A DNA stretch of 64,000 bases from Acidimicrobiia bacterium (GCA_024762335.1 JANTHO010000001.1:805-64804); one strand, 5' to 3'; shown: positions 9,537 to 20,045, numbered from the stretch's first letter. The notes: generated by a model from the sequence alone, not told the origin. Translations and numbers: made by a program.

Positions 9537-10331
9537 ATGGCCACCATCATCGGACACCGGGGTGCCAGGAGCCTCGCACCGGAGAACACACTCGCCGCCG
9601 CCCGAAACGCACACGCCTTCGGTGCCGACCTCTGGGAGACCGACGTGGCGGTCAGTGCCGACCATCAGCTCTTCCTCATGCACGACGACGCGATGATGCG
9701 CACCACCGATGTCGCCGATCGCTTCCCGAACCGCGTTCCGGCACCGTTCTCGACATACACCCTCGCCGAGATCCGGTCGCTCGACGCCGGATCGTGGTTC
9801 GAGCGTGATGACCCGTTCGGACAGGTCGCCGCCGGCGCGGTCCGGCCAGAAGATCTCGCCTCGTTCGTCGGGGAGAAGGTCCCGACGCTGCGGGAAGCCT
9901 TCGAGTTGACCGTCGAACTCGGCTGGTTCCTCAACCTGGAACTCAAGGCCCAGCCGGCCCCGAACGACACTTTCGACGTTGTCACTGCAGTCCTCGCCCT
10001 GGCCGACGACGTCGGAATCGGACCCGACCATCTCCTCTTCTCGTCGGCCAACCGCGACTGGCTCAAGACCCTCAAAGAACGCCGACCCGAGTTCGAGGTG
10101 CAAGCGATCCTGGGACTCTTCCCCGAAGATCCGATCGACTTCACCGACCCGTTCTTCGACACGTTCAACCCGCGGATCACCCGCGTCACGCTCGACGAGA
10201 TTGCCGAGCAGCTTTCCCTGGGCATCCGGCTGAATCCCTACACTGTCAATGATCCCGAAACCATGGACCGCCTGGTCGAGATCGGCATCACCGGTCTCAT
10301 CACGGACTTTCCCCAACGAGGAGCACGATGA
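9537..10331 (+). CDS. Glycerophosphodiester phosphodiesterase family protein
   Basis: The internal ATG 9537 (MATIIGHRGARSLAPENTLAA...ETDV...) carries the canonical GDPD HRG...EN(T/S) N-terminus. The longer ORF start would overlap the tRNA. Confidence 0.8.
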   Translation: MATIIGHRGARSLAPENTLAAARNAHAFGADLWETDVAVSADHQLFLMHDDAMMRTTDVADRFPNRVPAPFSTYTLAEIRSLDAGSWFERDDPFGQVAAGAVRPEDLASFVGEKVPTLREAFELTVELGWFLNLELKAQPAPNDTFDVVTAVLALADDVGIGPDHLLFSSANRDWLKTLKERRPEFEVQAILGLFPEDPIDFTDPFFDTFNPRITRVTLDEIAEQLSLGIRLNPYTVNDPETMDRLVEIGITGLITDFPQRGAR

Positions 10332-11200
10332 CGTCTTCGCCCACCACCCTGGCCCCCTACCGCATCTGCATCGTCAACTGCTACCCGGCGGCGAGCCGGG
10401 CGAACTTCGACCGCTCCGACGTGGGCCATCCACACGACATGTTCAAGGACTTCCTCGCACGCGAGGCTCCGAACGCCACCATCGAACTCGTCTACGTCGC
10501 CGACCCCGACTTCGCCCTGCCGGAGGACACGACCATCGACGACTTCGACGCATTCATCTGGACGGGATCCGACCTGACCGTCTATCACACCGACGATCCG
10601 CGCGTCGCCTCCCAGATCTCGTTCGCCAAGGAGCTCATGGAAGGGGGAGCGATCAGCTGGGGAAGCTGCTGGGGCATCCAACTCGCGGCGTTGGTCGCAG
10701 GCGGCGATGTCGCGGTGAACCCACGAGGCCGCGAATGGGGGATCGCCAGAGACATCGAACTGACCGACGCGGGCCGCAAAGGTCCGATGCATGCGGGAAA
10801 ACCGGAGAAGTTCAACGGGTTCATCATGCACCTCGACGAGGTCACGAGGCTGCCCGAGGGGACGTCGCTACTCGCCACCAACGAGCACACACCGGTCCAG
10901 GCCGCCATCATCGAGAACGGCGATGCCGCTTTCTGGAGCACGCAGTACCACCCCGAATACAACCTGTACGAGATGGGCCGTCTGATCGCGGCACGGGGCG
11001 AGGCCCTCGTGAGAGAAGGCTTCTTCCCGGATGAGGACGCCGTCGCCGCCTATGCGGCGAAGATGATGGCCCTGTACGCCGATCCCGACTCCGCCGAGCT
11101 TCGCGAGGAACTCGACGTCGGTGACGACATCATTGATCCGCAGATCCGGGAACTCGAACTCCGCAACTGGCTGCGCTTCATCGACTCGCGCAAGGCATGA
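10328..11200 (+). CDS. Type 1 glutamine amidotransferase-like protein
   Basis: 290 aa. The GSCWGIQL nucleophile elbow and a later YHPE are present. ATGA overlap with the upstream stop. Confidence 0.7.
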   Translation: MTSSPTTLAPYRICIVNCYPAASRANFDRSDVGHPHDMFKDFLAREAPNATIELVYVADPDFALPEDTTIDDFDAFIWTGSDLTVYHTDDPRVASQISFAKELMEGGAISWGSCWGIQLAALVAGGDVAVNPRGREWGIARDIELTDAGRKGPMHAGKPEKFNGFIMHLDEVTRLPEGTSLLATNEHTPVQAAIIENGDAAFWSTQYHPEYNLYEMGRLIAARGEALVREGFFPDEDAVAAYAAKMMALYADPDSAELREELDVGDDIIDPQIRELELRNWLRFIDSRKA

Positions 11201-11243
11201 CGGATCAGCTACTGCCCTCCGAGCGCAACTAGCATCCCCGACC

Positions 11244-11822
11244 ATGATCTTCTCCGATCGGACGATCCTCGAAGCCGTTGACTCCGGACGGATCTCGATC
11301 GACCCGTTCGATCGAGACCTCGTGCAGCCGTCGAGCGTCGATGTGCGTTGCGACCGCCGGTTCCGTGTGTTCGAGAACCATCGCTACCCGTACATCGACC
11401 CGAAGGCGGTCCAGGCGAACCTCACCTCCGAGGTGATGGCCGGTGAGGATGATCCATTCATCCTCCATCCGGGAGAGTTCGTGCTGGGGACGACGCTCGA
11501 GACGATCCACCTCGGTGACGACGTCGTCGCGCGCCTCGAAGGCAAGTCGTCGCTGGGGCGGCTCGGCCTCCTCATCCATTCGACCGCCGGATTCGTCGAT
11601 CCCGGCTTCCACGGTCAGGTGACGCTTGAACTGTCGAACGTGGCGAACCTGCCGATCGCCATCTATCCGGGCATGAAGATCGGACAGATCAGCTTTTACG
11701 AAATGACAACTGCCGCCCAACACCCGTATGGTTCGGCAGCACTCGAATCCAAGTACCAGGGGCAGACCGGCCCGACGGCGAGCCGGATGCATCAGGACTT
11801 CAAGGGGAGGGACAATGGCTAG
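11244..11822 (+). CDS. dcd: dCTP deaminase
   Basis: [18 protein letters not shown]...QPSSVDVR...[23 protein letters not shown] matches the Dcd/dUTPase-superfamily pattern. Confidence 0.85.
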   Translation: MIFSDRTILEAVDSGRISIDPFDRDLVQPSSVDVRCDRRFRVFENHRYPYIDPKAVQANLTSEVMAGEDDPFILHPGEFVLGTTLETIHLGDDVVARLEGKSSLGRLGLLIHSTAGFVDPGFHGQVTLELSNVANLPIAIYPGMKIGQISFYEMTTAAQHPYGSAALESKYQGQTGPTASRMHQDFKGRDNG

Positions 11823-12177
11823 ACCGGCCGTAGCACGCGTGGCGTCCATCATGCTCGACTGCAACAACCTCGAAACGATGGTCGAGTTCTGGGGCAACCT
11901 GCTCGACATCAAGGAGAAGAACCGCTTCCCCGGGTACGTGTGGATGACCCGGATCTCCCGCGGTGGTCCGGCGCTCGCGTTCCAACAGGTGACGGCGAAG
12001 AAAGCGGTGAAGAACCGTCTCCACCTCGACCTGACCACCGATGATCCCGAGACGTTGATCACCCACATCGAAGAACTCGGGGGGTCGCGCCTCCACGACC
12101 ACGATATCGCCGGCTTCCACTGGACCGTGTGCGCCGACCCCGAAGGCAACGAGTTCTGCGTGACGGAGAGCAAGTAG
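11815..12177 (+). CDS. VOC (glyoxalase/bleomycin-resistance-like) family protein
   Basis: About 120 aa from ATG 11815, which follows GGGGAGGG. The sequence is [16 protein letters not shown]...HLDL...DPEGNEFCV. It overlaps the dcd stop by 8 nt. Confidence 0.7.
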   Translation: MARPAVARVASIMLDCNNLETMVEFWGNLLDIKEKNRFPGYVWMTRISRGGPALAFQQVTAKKAVKNRLHLDLTTDDPETLITHIEELGGSRLHDHDIAGFHWTVCADPEGNEFCVTESK

Positions 12178-12197
12178 CTTCGGTTCGCTTACAGGCG

Positions 12198-12923
12198 TCA
12201 GCGAGCGGTGGCGCCACCGCCGAACGCCGTTCCATCTGAGAGCCACAATTGCAGTTCGTTATGACGTGGTCGATGCAGACGGCCGGATTCGACGAAGTAG
12301 GCCACGTCGACGTATTCGAGCGCTGCCGGGTCGTGGGTTGCCATGACGATCGTGGTTCCACCGTCTGCGATCTGACGGAGTAGCCCGAGGATCGACGCAC
12401 CGGTCGCCGTGTCCAACTCCCCCGTCGGCTCGTCGGCGAGCACGTACCCGGGTTCGTGGACGAGCGCACGGGCGATCGCGACACGCTGTTGCTCACCGCC
12501 GGACATCTCGTTGGGTCGATGATCGGCCCGGGCTTCCATCTCGGCGGACTCGAGTGCGGCCGTAACCGCTTCTCTCGCTACGTTCCCTTTCACTCCGAGA
12601 AGACGGAGGGCGACGTCGACGTTCTCGGCGGCCGACAGGAGGTTCAGGAGACCGGCCGTCTGGAACACGAACCCGAGTTTCGTCCGGCGGATCGTCGCAG
12701 CATCGTGTTCCGAAAGCCCATCCACTCGCTCTCCATCGATCAACACCTCGCCGGAGTCGGGGCGCTGAAGCAGACCCATCATGTGGATCTGGGAGGTCTT
12801 GCCCGAGCCGGAAGGGCCGAACAACGCCACGAAACTGCCCCTCTCGACGGTGATATCCACATCGACGGCGCCGACGGCGCCGTTCGGGTACCGCTTCGAC
12901 ACGTTGCGGAGCTCGAGACTCAT
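12198..12923 (-). CDS. ABC transporter ATP-binding protein (MacB/LolD type)
   Basis: Walker [11 protein letters not shown]-loop, signature [14 protein letters not shown], Walker [12 protein letters not shown] and H-loop ATHD are present. ATGA overlap with the upstream ATPase gene. Confidence 0.9.
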   Translation of the reverse strand: MSLELRNVSKRYPNGAVGAVDVDITVERGSFVALFGPSGSGKTSQIHMMGLLQRPDSGEVLIDGERVDGLSEHDAATIRRTKLGFVFQTAGLLNLLSAAENVDVALRLLGVKGNVAREAVTAALESAEMEARADHRPNEMSGGEQQRVAIARALVHEPGYVLADEPTGELDTATGASILGLLRQIADGGTTIVMATHDPAALEYVDVAYFVESGRLHRPRHNELQLWLSDGTAFGGGATAR

Positions 12924-13756
12924 TCGTCACGCTCCTCTGGTTGGATCAGGATGCCGTCCTCGACGAGCTTCACGCGCACGTGGTCGCCGATACCCGACTC
13001 GATCAACATGTCCCTCGGCAGCTGCACCATCCCCCGCTGATCGATCGCGATCAGCTCCTCCTGCCCGAATCGACCGTGGGTCGATATCCGCCCGTCGGCG
13101 ATCCTCACGACACGGTCGGTGCGCTGGGCGAGAGCGACATCGTGGGTCACGACCAGCACACTCAGTCCACTGTCGTGAGACAGGCCCCTGAGCAGCTCGT
13201 AGATCTCGAGACTCGTCTCGGTGTCGAGTTCACCCGTCGGTTCGTCTGCGAGAAGGAGCTTCGGACCCAATGCCAGCGCGATGCAGAGCGCGAGACGCTG
13301 CTGCTCTCCCCCGGACAGCGTGCCGACTTTCGAGTAAGCCTTGTTCCTCAACCCGACCGCTTCGAGCAGTGCCAGCGCCCGCTTCTTGCGACGGCGACCG
13401 CCGACCCCGGCAAGCAGCATCGGGAGTTCGACGTTCGCCCTCACCTTCAGATACGGAACGATGTTCCTCGTGAAGTCCTGCCACACGAACCCGACCTCGT
13501 GCCGGTAGTAGCCGGTCAACTCCCTTTGAGAGATGTCCACGAGGTCCCGTTCGGCCACGGTGACACTGCCAGCCGACGGCCGATCGAACCCGGCCAGGAT
13601 CGTCAACAACGTCGATTTGCCGGACCCGGACTTGCCGACGATCGACACGAACTCGCCGCTCTCCATGAAGAAGTCGAGTCCCTGGAGCGCCACCACTTCG
13701 AGGTTCCCTTGCTTGTGGATCTTGATGAGGTTCTCCGCCTCGATCACGGGTGGCAT
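12920..13756 (-). CDS. ABC transporter ATP-binding protein (MacB/LolD type) with a C-terminal AbrB/SpoVT-like extension
   Basis: ATG 13756 (MPPVIEAENL...) overlaps the permease stop as TGATG. Walker [31 protein letters not shown] and VTHD are present. The last ~45 aa (AIDQRGMVQLPRDMLIESGIGDHVRVKLVEDGILIQP) resemble a swapped-hairpin domain. Confidence 0.85.
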   Translation of the reverse strand: MPPVIEAENLIKIHKQGNLEVVALQGLDFFMESGEFVSIVGKSGSGKSTLLTILAGFDRPSAGSVTVAERDLVDISQRELTGYYRHEVGFVWQDFTRNIVPYLKVRANVELPMLLAGVGGRRRKKRALALLEAVGLRNKAYSKVGTLSGGEQQRLALCIALALGPKLLLADEPTGELDTETSLEIYELLRGLSHDSGLSVLVVTHDVALAQRTDRVVRIADGRISTHGRFGQEELIAIDQRGMVQLPRDMLIESGIGDHVRVKLVEDGILIQPEERDE

Positions 13757-16700
13757 CAGCGCTCCACCTCCCTCAGAACCTCGCTCATCTTCCGTACCGA
13801 CACTTTCCTCGTCGCCCACACGACGGACACGATGAGCATCACCCCGATAGACAGAGAGAACGCCACGAGCGTGCCCGTCGGAATCTCGAGAAGGATCGGC
13901 GGGAGGATCTCGACCGCAGTCTCACCCAACTGGAGGAACGGCAGCATGACGACGACGAGCAGAATACCGCCGATCACCCCGATGATCGCACCAAGTCCGA
14001 CCACGACGAGTTGTTCGACTGCGAACGTCGTAGCCACCCCGCGTCGGCCGAACCCGAGAGCCCGGAGCACTCCCATCTCGCGGGAACGGCGAGCCACGGC
14101 GAGCAACACATATCCCGTAACGCCGGCAAGTGCCAGAACGATCGCGACGATGGCGCCGACGAAGAGGATCGCGACCAGGCCGACCTGCACGGGCCGGCTC
14201 GAGAACGAGGCGGAGACCTTTCCGATCGTCCATAGTTGGTCGGGTTCCTCACCGATCTGAGCCGTCACCCTGCGGATCGTCGCGTCGACGCTGTCGGTCG
14301 CCATCCACAGCTCCTGCGGCGCCTCCGGCCGGGAGAGCGCGCCGGTGACGCTCCACGTCGCCGCCCCGTTCGTCCAGGCGCTGATCGCGTCGAGGTCGAC
14401 GATCATCGCCCCCTGCCGCCTGCGATCCGTCATCGTTGGTACGGCGTCTACGAAACCGACCAGCGTCCCGTTGAACACGTCCGAACCGATCGAGAAGCTC
14501 GAAGCCTCCCCGACGTTCAACCCGGCGATCGCCGCCGCCTCGTGATCCAGGATCACCCGGATGTCGTCCGGGATCCGGCGGAGCTGGGGCACGTTCGTGT
14601 TCGCCCGGGGTCGCGGCGTGACCGACCACATCGTGGCAGTGCCGCTTCGATACAGCGGGGACGATTCGATTTGGCTCTCCGTCGGCTCAGGGTCGCCGTC
14701 GGGCACCGCCGAGAACCGCTTGGCCGCCGCGGTGTCGGCGGTGACGTTCTCACGGATCACCAAATCGTTGATCGCCGACATCTCGCCGAGATCGATCGCC
14801 TCCGATCCCGTGTCGGTCACGGCGATGAGGTCGCTCATGAGGAGCGAGTCTTCACGGACGCCGAGACCGACGCCCTCCGAACGTTCGATCCACAACGCGT
14901 GGAGCGACAGCGGCGGTTCGGGTGGTGTCGGGAAGTCGTTCATTCCGTCGGTGACGTCGATGGAGATCGTTCGCCATCCGGTCGGGGTGATGTCGCCGTC
15001 CGACATCATCGTCCAGAGGCGGGACTTCGCATCGATCACCTTGGCAAACAGCCGATAGTCGTCGTTCGGTATGCCGCTCTCAGCCTCTTCGGCGAGGCTG
15101 TTCGGAACGACGACGGCGTCGACCTGGAGATGGGTCGACCCCGGGGGGAGTTCCACGCCGACGTCCGGTGCGGCGCCATCTGGGCGAAGCAACAGGAAGA
15201 TGTCGGCCGGGTCGTCGGATCCGAAGTCGGGGCGCCAGGTCACGACCTCGGAGAACGACGCTGGTCGGATGGCCAGCACTTCGGCCCGTCGCCCGCTCCT
15301 TCGAGGCGCCCCATCGGTTCTCAGCACCGGTGACCCGATCGCACCATCGGGGACGTCGAGATAGCCCGCCTGCTGGTTAACGATCCGAACGTCCGTACCG
15401 GCCGCGTACGCCGCACGGTCGGTGAACGATTGCTCGAGCGTCGCCGCATACGTGAGGGCGAACGCTCCGAGACCGGTCGTAATCCACACCAGGAGGGCGA
15501 GCCTTCCGTATGGGATCGGGTTCCTCGATAGATGCCACCCGGGGAGCGAGAGCGACATCGATCGGGACTTCGTCATCGCCCAGCCGACGAAACGAAGCAA
15601 CGGAGGGAAGAGCCTCAGCATGATCAACGCACCGCCGAACAGGATCAGGACGGGGAAGACGATCGCCAGTGGATCGAGCGTTGCCTCGTCACCAGTCATG
15701 TTGACGAAGCCGCGCTGGCTCAACTGGAACAGCACCACGAACGACAGCACGATCGCGAATAGATCGAGGTTGTAGCGCTGCCACACCGATTTCGTACCGG
15801 GTCGGGCTGCGAGCGAGCGCAGTTCCAGAACTCCACGCTTCACATAGGGAATGATCGCGACACCCATCGCAAGGAACGTGATCAGGGCTCCGGCGACGAG
15901 CCACATCGTCACCGAACTCACCTGTGTGACATCGAGCGGACCGCCACCCGTGAGGTCCGACAGCGGGGGTATTCGCCCGGTGACCCCCACGAGGAATCGG
16001 GCGACGAACGGAGCGACGAGAGCGGCACCTCCTGCGATGACCGCCGCCTGCCCGAGATGGATCCCCACCGTCTGCCACGATGAGGCACCACGGCTCTTCA
16101 GGAGCGCGAGATCCGGCCCTTCTCGTTCGACGGTGAGTGCCGCCGTGTAGACGAGGAAGTAGATGGCTCCGCCGACGACGAGCGCCAGCATCGCGAGGAT
16201 CGGCCCACCGATCACAACCGACCGTGTTGAGAATGCGTCGATGAGCAGCGGCAGGAAGGTGCTGGTCGGAATCGTCCCACCCGCTTCTTTGGCAACCTGG
16301 GCCTTGAACTGGCTGATACGACTTTGAATCTCATCCAACTCGCCGAGTGTGACCGTGTCGCCGTCTAGCGGCATCCGCCACGCCTGGGTCACCGTCGGAG
16401 CATCGAAGCCGCGATAGGTTCGGTCCCACGGATCCTCGTCCCTGTCGATCGAAATCCGACCCGTCCAGATATCGAATGTCTGCTGGTCGAGGTAGACCAT
16501 CGCCGACGGATCGTCGACGCCCCAGATCGTCGCATCGGGATCAGCCGGTGCAACGACGGCGGCGACCTCGACGTATTCGAATACGTTGGGCAGCCCGCTG
16601 AACGGTCGGAGGAAGAACTGGCTTCCGACACCGCTCCCAGTCAGTTCTGCCACCGTCTCACCGACGATGATGGGCAGTGGCGCGTCCTCCGGGATCGGCG

Positions 16701-17259
16701 TCCCGAGCAGTGGCGCCGGCCACGTACCGTCGGCAACCACGAGCCTCGACTCCATATCGGGTGCGGTGAAGATCCGCACCTGCGTCGCCTCACGTGGCGG
16801 CTTCGGGTATGGGGGCGACGGCCATTCGTCCTCGGGAACGTCTTCTTCTTCGAGTGCCTCGAGCGTCTCACGCCATTCCTGCGCCAGGGCGAACCAGTCG
16901 CTATCCGCCCCCACCTCCGTTGGAATGACGGCGTACTCCCTGGTCTGTGACCGTTCCTCGATCGTCGGGTAGTACGGAATGAGCCACTGTTCGTGTGCAC
17001 CAAGAACGATCTTGCGGTTCGAGTCACCGAGTGCCCGCGAGTAGTCGTTCATCGTCGAGAACGCCGTCATGTCGAGTTCGTCGGCGACGGCGCCGCGCAC
17101 GGAGAAGTGAAGGTCGACCGCCCGGACCGACGACTGATAGAGGGGAACGACGACGAGCAGAGCCGTCACGAGGGTCGCGCCGAGGAAGGATCCGATGAGG
17201 ATCCCTTTCTTCGCCCAGAGTCGGCGCACGACGAGGCCGACGTAGGTGCCAATCTTCAT
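13756..17259 (-). CDS. Large ABC transporter permease with two FtsX-type membrane domains and large extracytoplasmic regions
   Basis: ATG 17259 (MKIGTYVGLVVRRLWAKKGILIGSF...) gives about 1167 aa. TM clusters lie near the middle and at the C-terminus (LALLKSRGAS..., LRALGFGRRG...), as in MacB/FtsX-type permeases. Confidence 0.85.
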   Translation of the reverse strand: MKIGTYVGLVVRRLWAKKGILIGSFLGATLVTALLVVVPLYQSSVRAVDLHFSVRGAVADELDMTAFSTMNDYSRALGDSNRKIVLGAHEQWLIPYYPTIEERSQTREYAVIPTEVGADSDWFALAQEWRETLEALEEEDVPEDEWPSPPYPKPPREATQVRIFTAPDMESRLVVADGTWPAPLLGTPIPEDAPLPIIVGETVAELTGSGVGSQFFLRPFSGLPNVFEYVEVAAVVAPADPDATIWGVDDPSAMVYLDQQTFDIWTGRISIDRDEDPWDRTYRGFDAPTVTQAWRMPLDGDTVTLGELDEIQSRISQFKAQVAKEAGGTIPTSTFLPLLIDAFSTRSVVIGGPILAMLALVVGGAIYFLVYTAALTVEREGPDLALLKSRGASSWQTVGIHLGQAAVIAGGAALVAPFVARFLVGVTGRIPPLSDLTGGGPLDVTQVSSVTMWLVAGALITFLAMGVAIIPYVKRGVLELRSLAARPGTKSVWQRYNLDLFAIVLSFVVLFQLSQRGFVNMTGDEATLDPLAIVFPVLILFGGALIMLRLFPPLLRFVGWAMTKSRSMSLSLPGWHLSRNPIPYGRLALLVWITTGLGAFALTYAATLEQSFTDRAAYAAGTDVRIVNQQAGYLDVPDGAIGSPVLRTDGAPRRSGRRAEVLAIRPASFSEVVTWRPDFGSDDPADIFLLLRPDGAAPDVGVELPPGSTHLQVDAVVVPNSLAEEAESGIPNDDYRLFAKVIDAKSRLWTMMSDGDITPTGWRTISIDVTDGMNDFPTPPEPPLSLHALWIERSEGVGLGVREDSLLMSDLIAVTDTGSEAIDLGEMSAINDLVIRENVTADTAAAKRFSAVPDGDPEPTESQIESSPLYRSGTATMWSVTPRPRANTNVPQLRRIPDDIRVILDHEAAAIAGLNVGEASSFSIGSDVFNGTLVGFVDAVPTMTDRRRQGAMIVDLDAISAWTNGAATWSVTGALSRPEAPQELWMATDSVDATIRRVTAQIGEEPDQLWTIGKVSASFSSRPVQVGLVAILFVGAIVAIVLALAGVTGYVLLAVARRSREMGVLRALGFGRRGVATTFAVEQLVVVGLGAIIGVIGGILLVVVMLPFLQLGETAVEILPPILLEIPTGTLVAFSLSIGVMLIVSVVWATRKVSVRKMSEVLREVER

Positions 17260-17321
17260 CCGTCGAACCCCTTTGCCTCCGGGTTCAGGCGCCAGGCTAC
17301 ACGCTCCGGCCGCACCCGACC

Positions 17322-18443
17322 TCAGCCGATGCCGGGAAGATCGAGTTCGTCGGCGTGGTGGCACGCCACGGACCCGCCCCGACTCTCGACCAGCGCAGGC
17401 TCCGATGTGAGACACACATCGTCGACGAACGGACAGCGGTCGGCGAACACGCATCGACCGGCCGGCACAGCAGTCAGAGGCACCGCCTCGCCCGGTATGG
17501 GACGGAGACGACCCGACGTGAACGAGGGAACGGAGCCGATCAGACCGGACGTGTACGGATGCTGCGGATGAGCGAACACGTCGCCGACCGGCCCCTCTTC
17601 GACGATCCGCCCACCGTAGACGACGGCCACACGATCGGCGATACGTGCGACGACGGCTAGATCATGGGTGACGAGCACCATCGCCATGCCCTGCCGCTCC
17701 TTGAGATCCTTGACGAGATCGAGGATCGCCGCCGACACCGAGACATCGAGACCCGAGAGCGGTTCGTCTGCGATAAGGAGTTTCGGGGCTTTCACCAGCG
17801 CAGCGGCGAGCATCGCCCGCTGCCCCATGCCGCGGCTGAGCTCGGTGCTGAACGCCCCGAACATGCGCCGGCTCTTCGGGAGTCGGACCTCCCCGAGGGC
17901 ATCCATGACCCGTTCGTTGATCTCCTCGGTCGTGAGGTCCGTGTATTCGTCGAGGACCTCCCCCGCCTGCGGCCCTACCTCCAGGATCGGCGTCCACGAC
18001 GCGATCGGGTCCTGGAACAGAAAACCGACTTCGGTGGCCACAACGCGTGCCCAGTCGGGATCGGAGTCATCCATGATCGTTCCAGCCGTGTGACGCTTCC
18101 TCCGTCTTCGGCGGCCGCTCGATGCACCCTCGTTGCCGCTGCCACCGGCCGGCTCGTACACGACGTCCCGGAAGGTCGTAGTCCCGCCGAGCACCCTGGT
18201 GCCTTCCGGAAGCAGGCCGAACGCACCGAGAAGCATGAGCGACTTCCCCGACGCCGATTCGCCGATCAGGGCGAGCGTCTCGCCCCCGTCCACTCCGTAG
18301 GAGACACCCGGAATCGCCTCGACCCAACCGATCGGGAGTCGCTCGCCCCGACCGTCCACCGGAGATGGCCGGGTTCCATGTACCGCCACCTCTGGATCGA
18401 AAATCGCAATGCGGAGATCCCGGACGTCAAAGAGCTTCGGCAA
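17322..18443 (-). CDS. OppD/DppD-like ABC ATP-binding protein with no cognate Opp/Dpp permease in the window
   Basis: Walker A GESASGKS, Walker B LLIADEPLSGLD and H-loop VTHDL are present, with a peptide-transporter-type C-terminal region (HPYTSGL...CVFADRCPF...C...ACHH). The signature reads LSRGMGQR, which is degenerate. An Arg-rich insertion (GGSGNEGASSGRRRRRKRHTAG) is present. Confidence 0.8.
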   Translation of the reverse strand: MPKLFDVRDLRIAIFDPEVAVHGTRPSPVDGRGERLPIGWVEAIPGVSYGVDGGETLALIGESASGKSLMLLGAFGLLPEGTRVLGGTTTFRDVVYEPAGGSGNEGASSGRRRRRKRHTAGTIMDDSDPDWARVVATEVGFLFQDPIASWTPILEVGPQAGEVLDEYTDLTTEEINERVMDALGEVRLPKSRRMFGAFSTELSRGMGQRAMLAAALVKAPKLLIADEPLSGLDVSVSAAILDLVKDLKERQGMAMVLVTHDLAVVARIADRVAVVYGGRIVEEGPVGDVFAHPQHPYTSGLIGSVPSFTSGRLRPIPGEAVPLTAVPAGRCVFADRCPFVDDVCLTSEPALVESRGGSVACHHADELDLPGIG

Positions 18444-18449
18444 GGCCGA

Positions 18450-19310
18450 TCACCTCCTCATCCTGCGCCACTCCCTGGTTGCGACCGTTCCCGCGATCAC
18501 GACCAGGCCGACGCCGATCCAGGAGAGGAGGTCCGGATGCTCGTCGAGGAACAGCGCCGCCCACACGACCGCCGATGCCGGTTCGAGGTACATGATCACG
18601 GACACGACGGCGACCGGAAGTTGACGCATCGACGTCCAGTAAACGACCCCCGCGACTCCGGTGAAGAGCGCTCCGAGAACCACGAACTGCGGCCAGTGGT
18701 CTGCGGACTGTCGGACCGCCTGGATGGTGAACGGGCTGAGGACGAGCGAAGCAATGACGAGTTCCCATGTTGCGACGACGAGACCGCCCAGATCCGTGGC
18801 AAGGGGTTTGCCGAGCAGCATGATGACCGCGAGGAGTCCGCCGGACACGGCCGCTGCGATGAAGCCGGGGAGCGTCGCTCCGGATCCCGGACGGGTCACG
18901 AGCAGCATGCCGACAACGGCGATCACCAGACCGATCACGACGAATCGATTCAGACGTTCGTGCAACAGCGGACCGGACAAGGCGGCTGCGAGGACGGGGC
19001 CGACGTAGACGATGGCGAGCGTGACGGCAATCGTCGTCAGATTGAGAGCCAGGAAGAACGACAGCCAGTGTGCGGCCAGAACGACGCCGACCAGAGCCAA
19101 TGCTCCGATCCTGCGCCGCGGCAACGCGAGCCGGGTTGTCGCAGCAGAGAAGGCCACGAGCACGACGGCACCGAGTGTGACGCGCATCGCAACGAGGTGA
19201 GTCGACGGGACATCCGACCGGACGAGAAGCGGGATCGCTCCCCAGGCGATCGCGAGGAGCGCGAGCGATACGACGGCGACCCATCGACGTGATCCGTTCG
19301 GTGTTGACAC
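18450..19310 (-). CDS. EamA/DMT family transporter
   Basis: 286 aa with about 10 hydrophobic segments. It shows a duplicated EamA-like pattern and ends in a basic tail. Confidence 0.75.
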   Translation of the reverse strand: MSTPNGSRRWVAVVSLALLAIAWGAIPLLVRSDVPSTHLVAMRVTLGAVVLVAFSAATTRLALPRRRIGALALVGVVLAAHWLSFFLALNLTTIAVTLAIVYVGPVLAAALSGPLLHERLNRFVVIGLVIAVVGMLLVTRPGSGATLPGFIAAAVSGGLLAVIMLLGKPLATDLGGLVVATWELVIASLVLSPFTIQAVRQSADHWPQFVVLGALFTGVAGVVYWTSMRQLPVAVVSVIMYLEPASAVVWAALFLDEHPDLLSWIGVGLVVIAGTVATREWRRMRR

Positions 19311-19319
19311 CGGGCCAGG

Positions 19320-20045
19320 CTACCGGCCGCTCCGTTCGCCGTACCCCGCTCCGTCATACCGGACGTCTGTCACCTGGATCTGGATGTACTCGAGATCGTC
19401 GCCGTCCGGACTCCAAACGGCGCTCCCCGCCGACGGGACCTCGATACCGTCGAAACGCTGATGCTCGGTGAGTGGTGTGGACCATGGTTCCAGCACGAAA
19501 CCGTCCTCGACACTCCGGTACCGGTCGGCGCGGAAGTCGACGAGTCTTCCCTCATCGTCGAACCGGAACTCCCCAGTGGTTTCCTCGTCACCGATGCGGA
19601 TGGATCCTTCGGCGGAGCTCCCGTCGATCGGCTTCCACGTCATCGCTTCCGATGCCCACACGGCCGGGAACCACATCGTCTCGTTCAACCATCGCATGCG
19701 AGCACCCTGGTCCATCTCCGGACCCGACTCGTCCACGACGGTCGCCAGTCCGAGGAGTTTGACCTTCATCGCTCCCCGTCCATGGTCGAGCGAGTCGATC
19801 GCCCTCCCGGTGGTGAGGCCCGCCATCTTCAACCGTGCACTCCACTCGAAACCCGGGGGGTCGAGCGTGTAGGTCTCACGGGCCACGAACCGGAGCCATT
19901 TTCGATCCGCGCTCGTCCTGATCTGCCCTTCCTGGGTCACGGTGACGATCTCCGGGATCTCCGTTCCGACGACGCCGGATCGCAGCAGGCTTCGCCGTAC
20001 GGGATCCGGGAGTCGTGCAATCGACTCCTCACTGACCGTGGCCAT
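19320..20045 (-). CDS. Conserved-looking hypothetical protein (soluble, no motif recognised)
   Basis: 241-aa ORF with coding-like composition. The overlapping + ORFs look like antisense artefacts. Confidence 0.55.
   Translation of the reverse strand: MATVSEESIARLPDPVRRSLLRSGVVGTEIPEIVTVTQEGQIRTSADRKWLRFVARETYTLDPPGFEWSARLKMAGLTTGRAIDSLDHGRGAMKVKLLGLATVVDESGPEMDQGARMRWLNETMWFPAVWASEAMTWKPIDGSSAEGSIRIGDEETTGEFRFDDEGRLVDFRADRYRSVEDGFVLEPWSTPLTEHQRFDGIEVPSAGSAVWSPDGDDLEYIQIQVTDVRYDGAGYGERSGR

Noticed and set aside
9400-9540. Integrative element next to tRNA-Gly
   Set aside because: No integrase, no direct repeat of the tRNA 3' end and no compositional shift downstream. The neighbouring genes are ordinary metabolic genes.
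17664-19292. 542-aa + ORF
   Set aside because: It is antisense to the OppD-like ATPase and the EamA transporter, both of which have clear motifs. The translated sequence is Arg/Asp/Glu/His-rich with no motifs.
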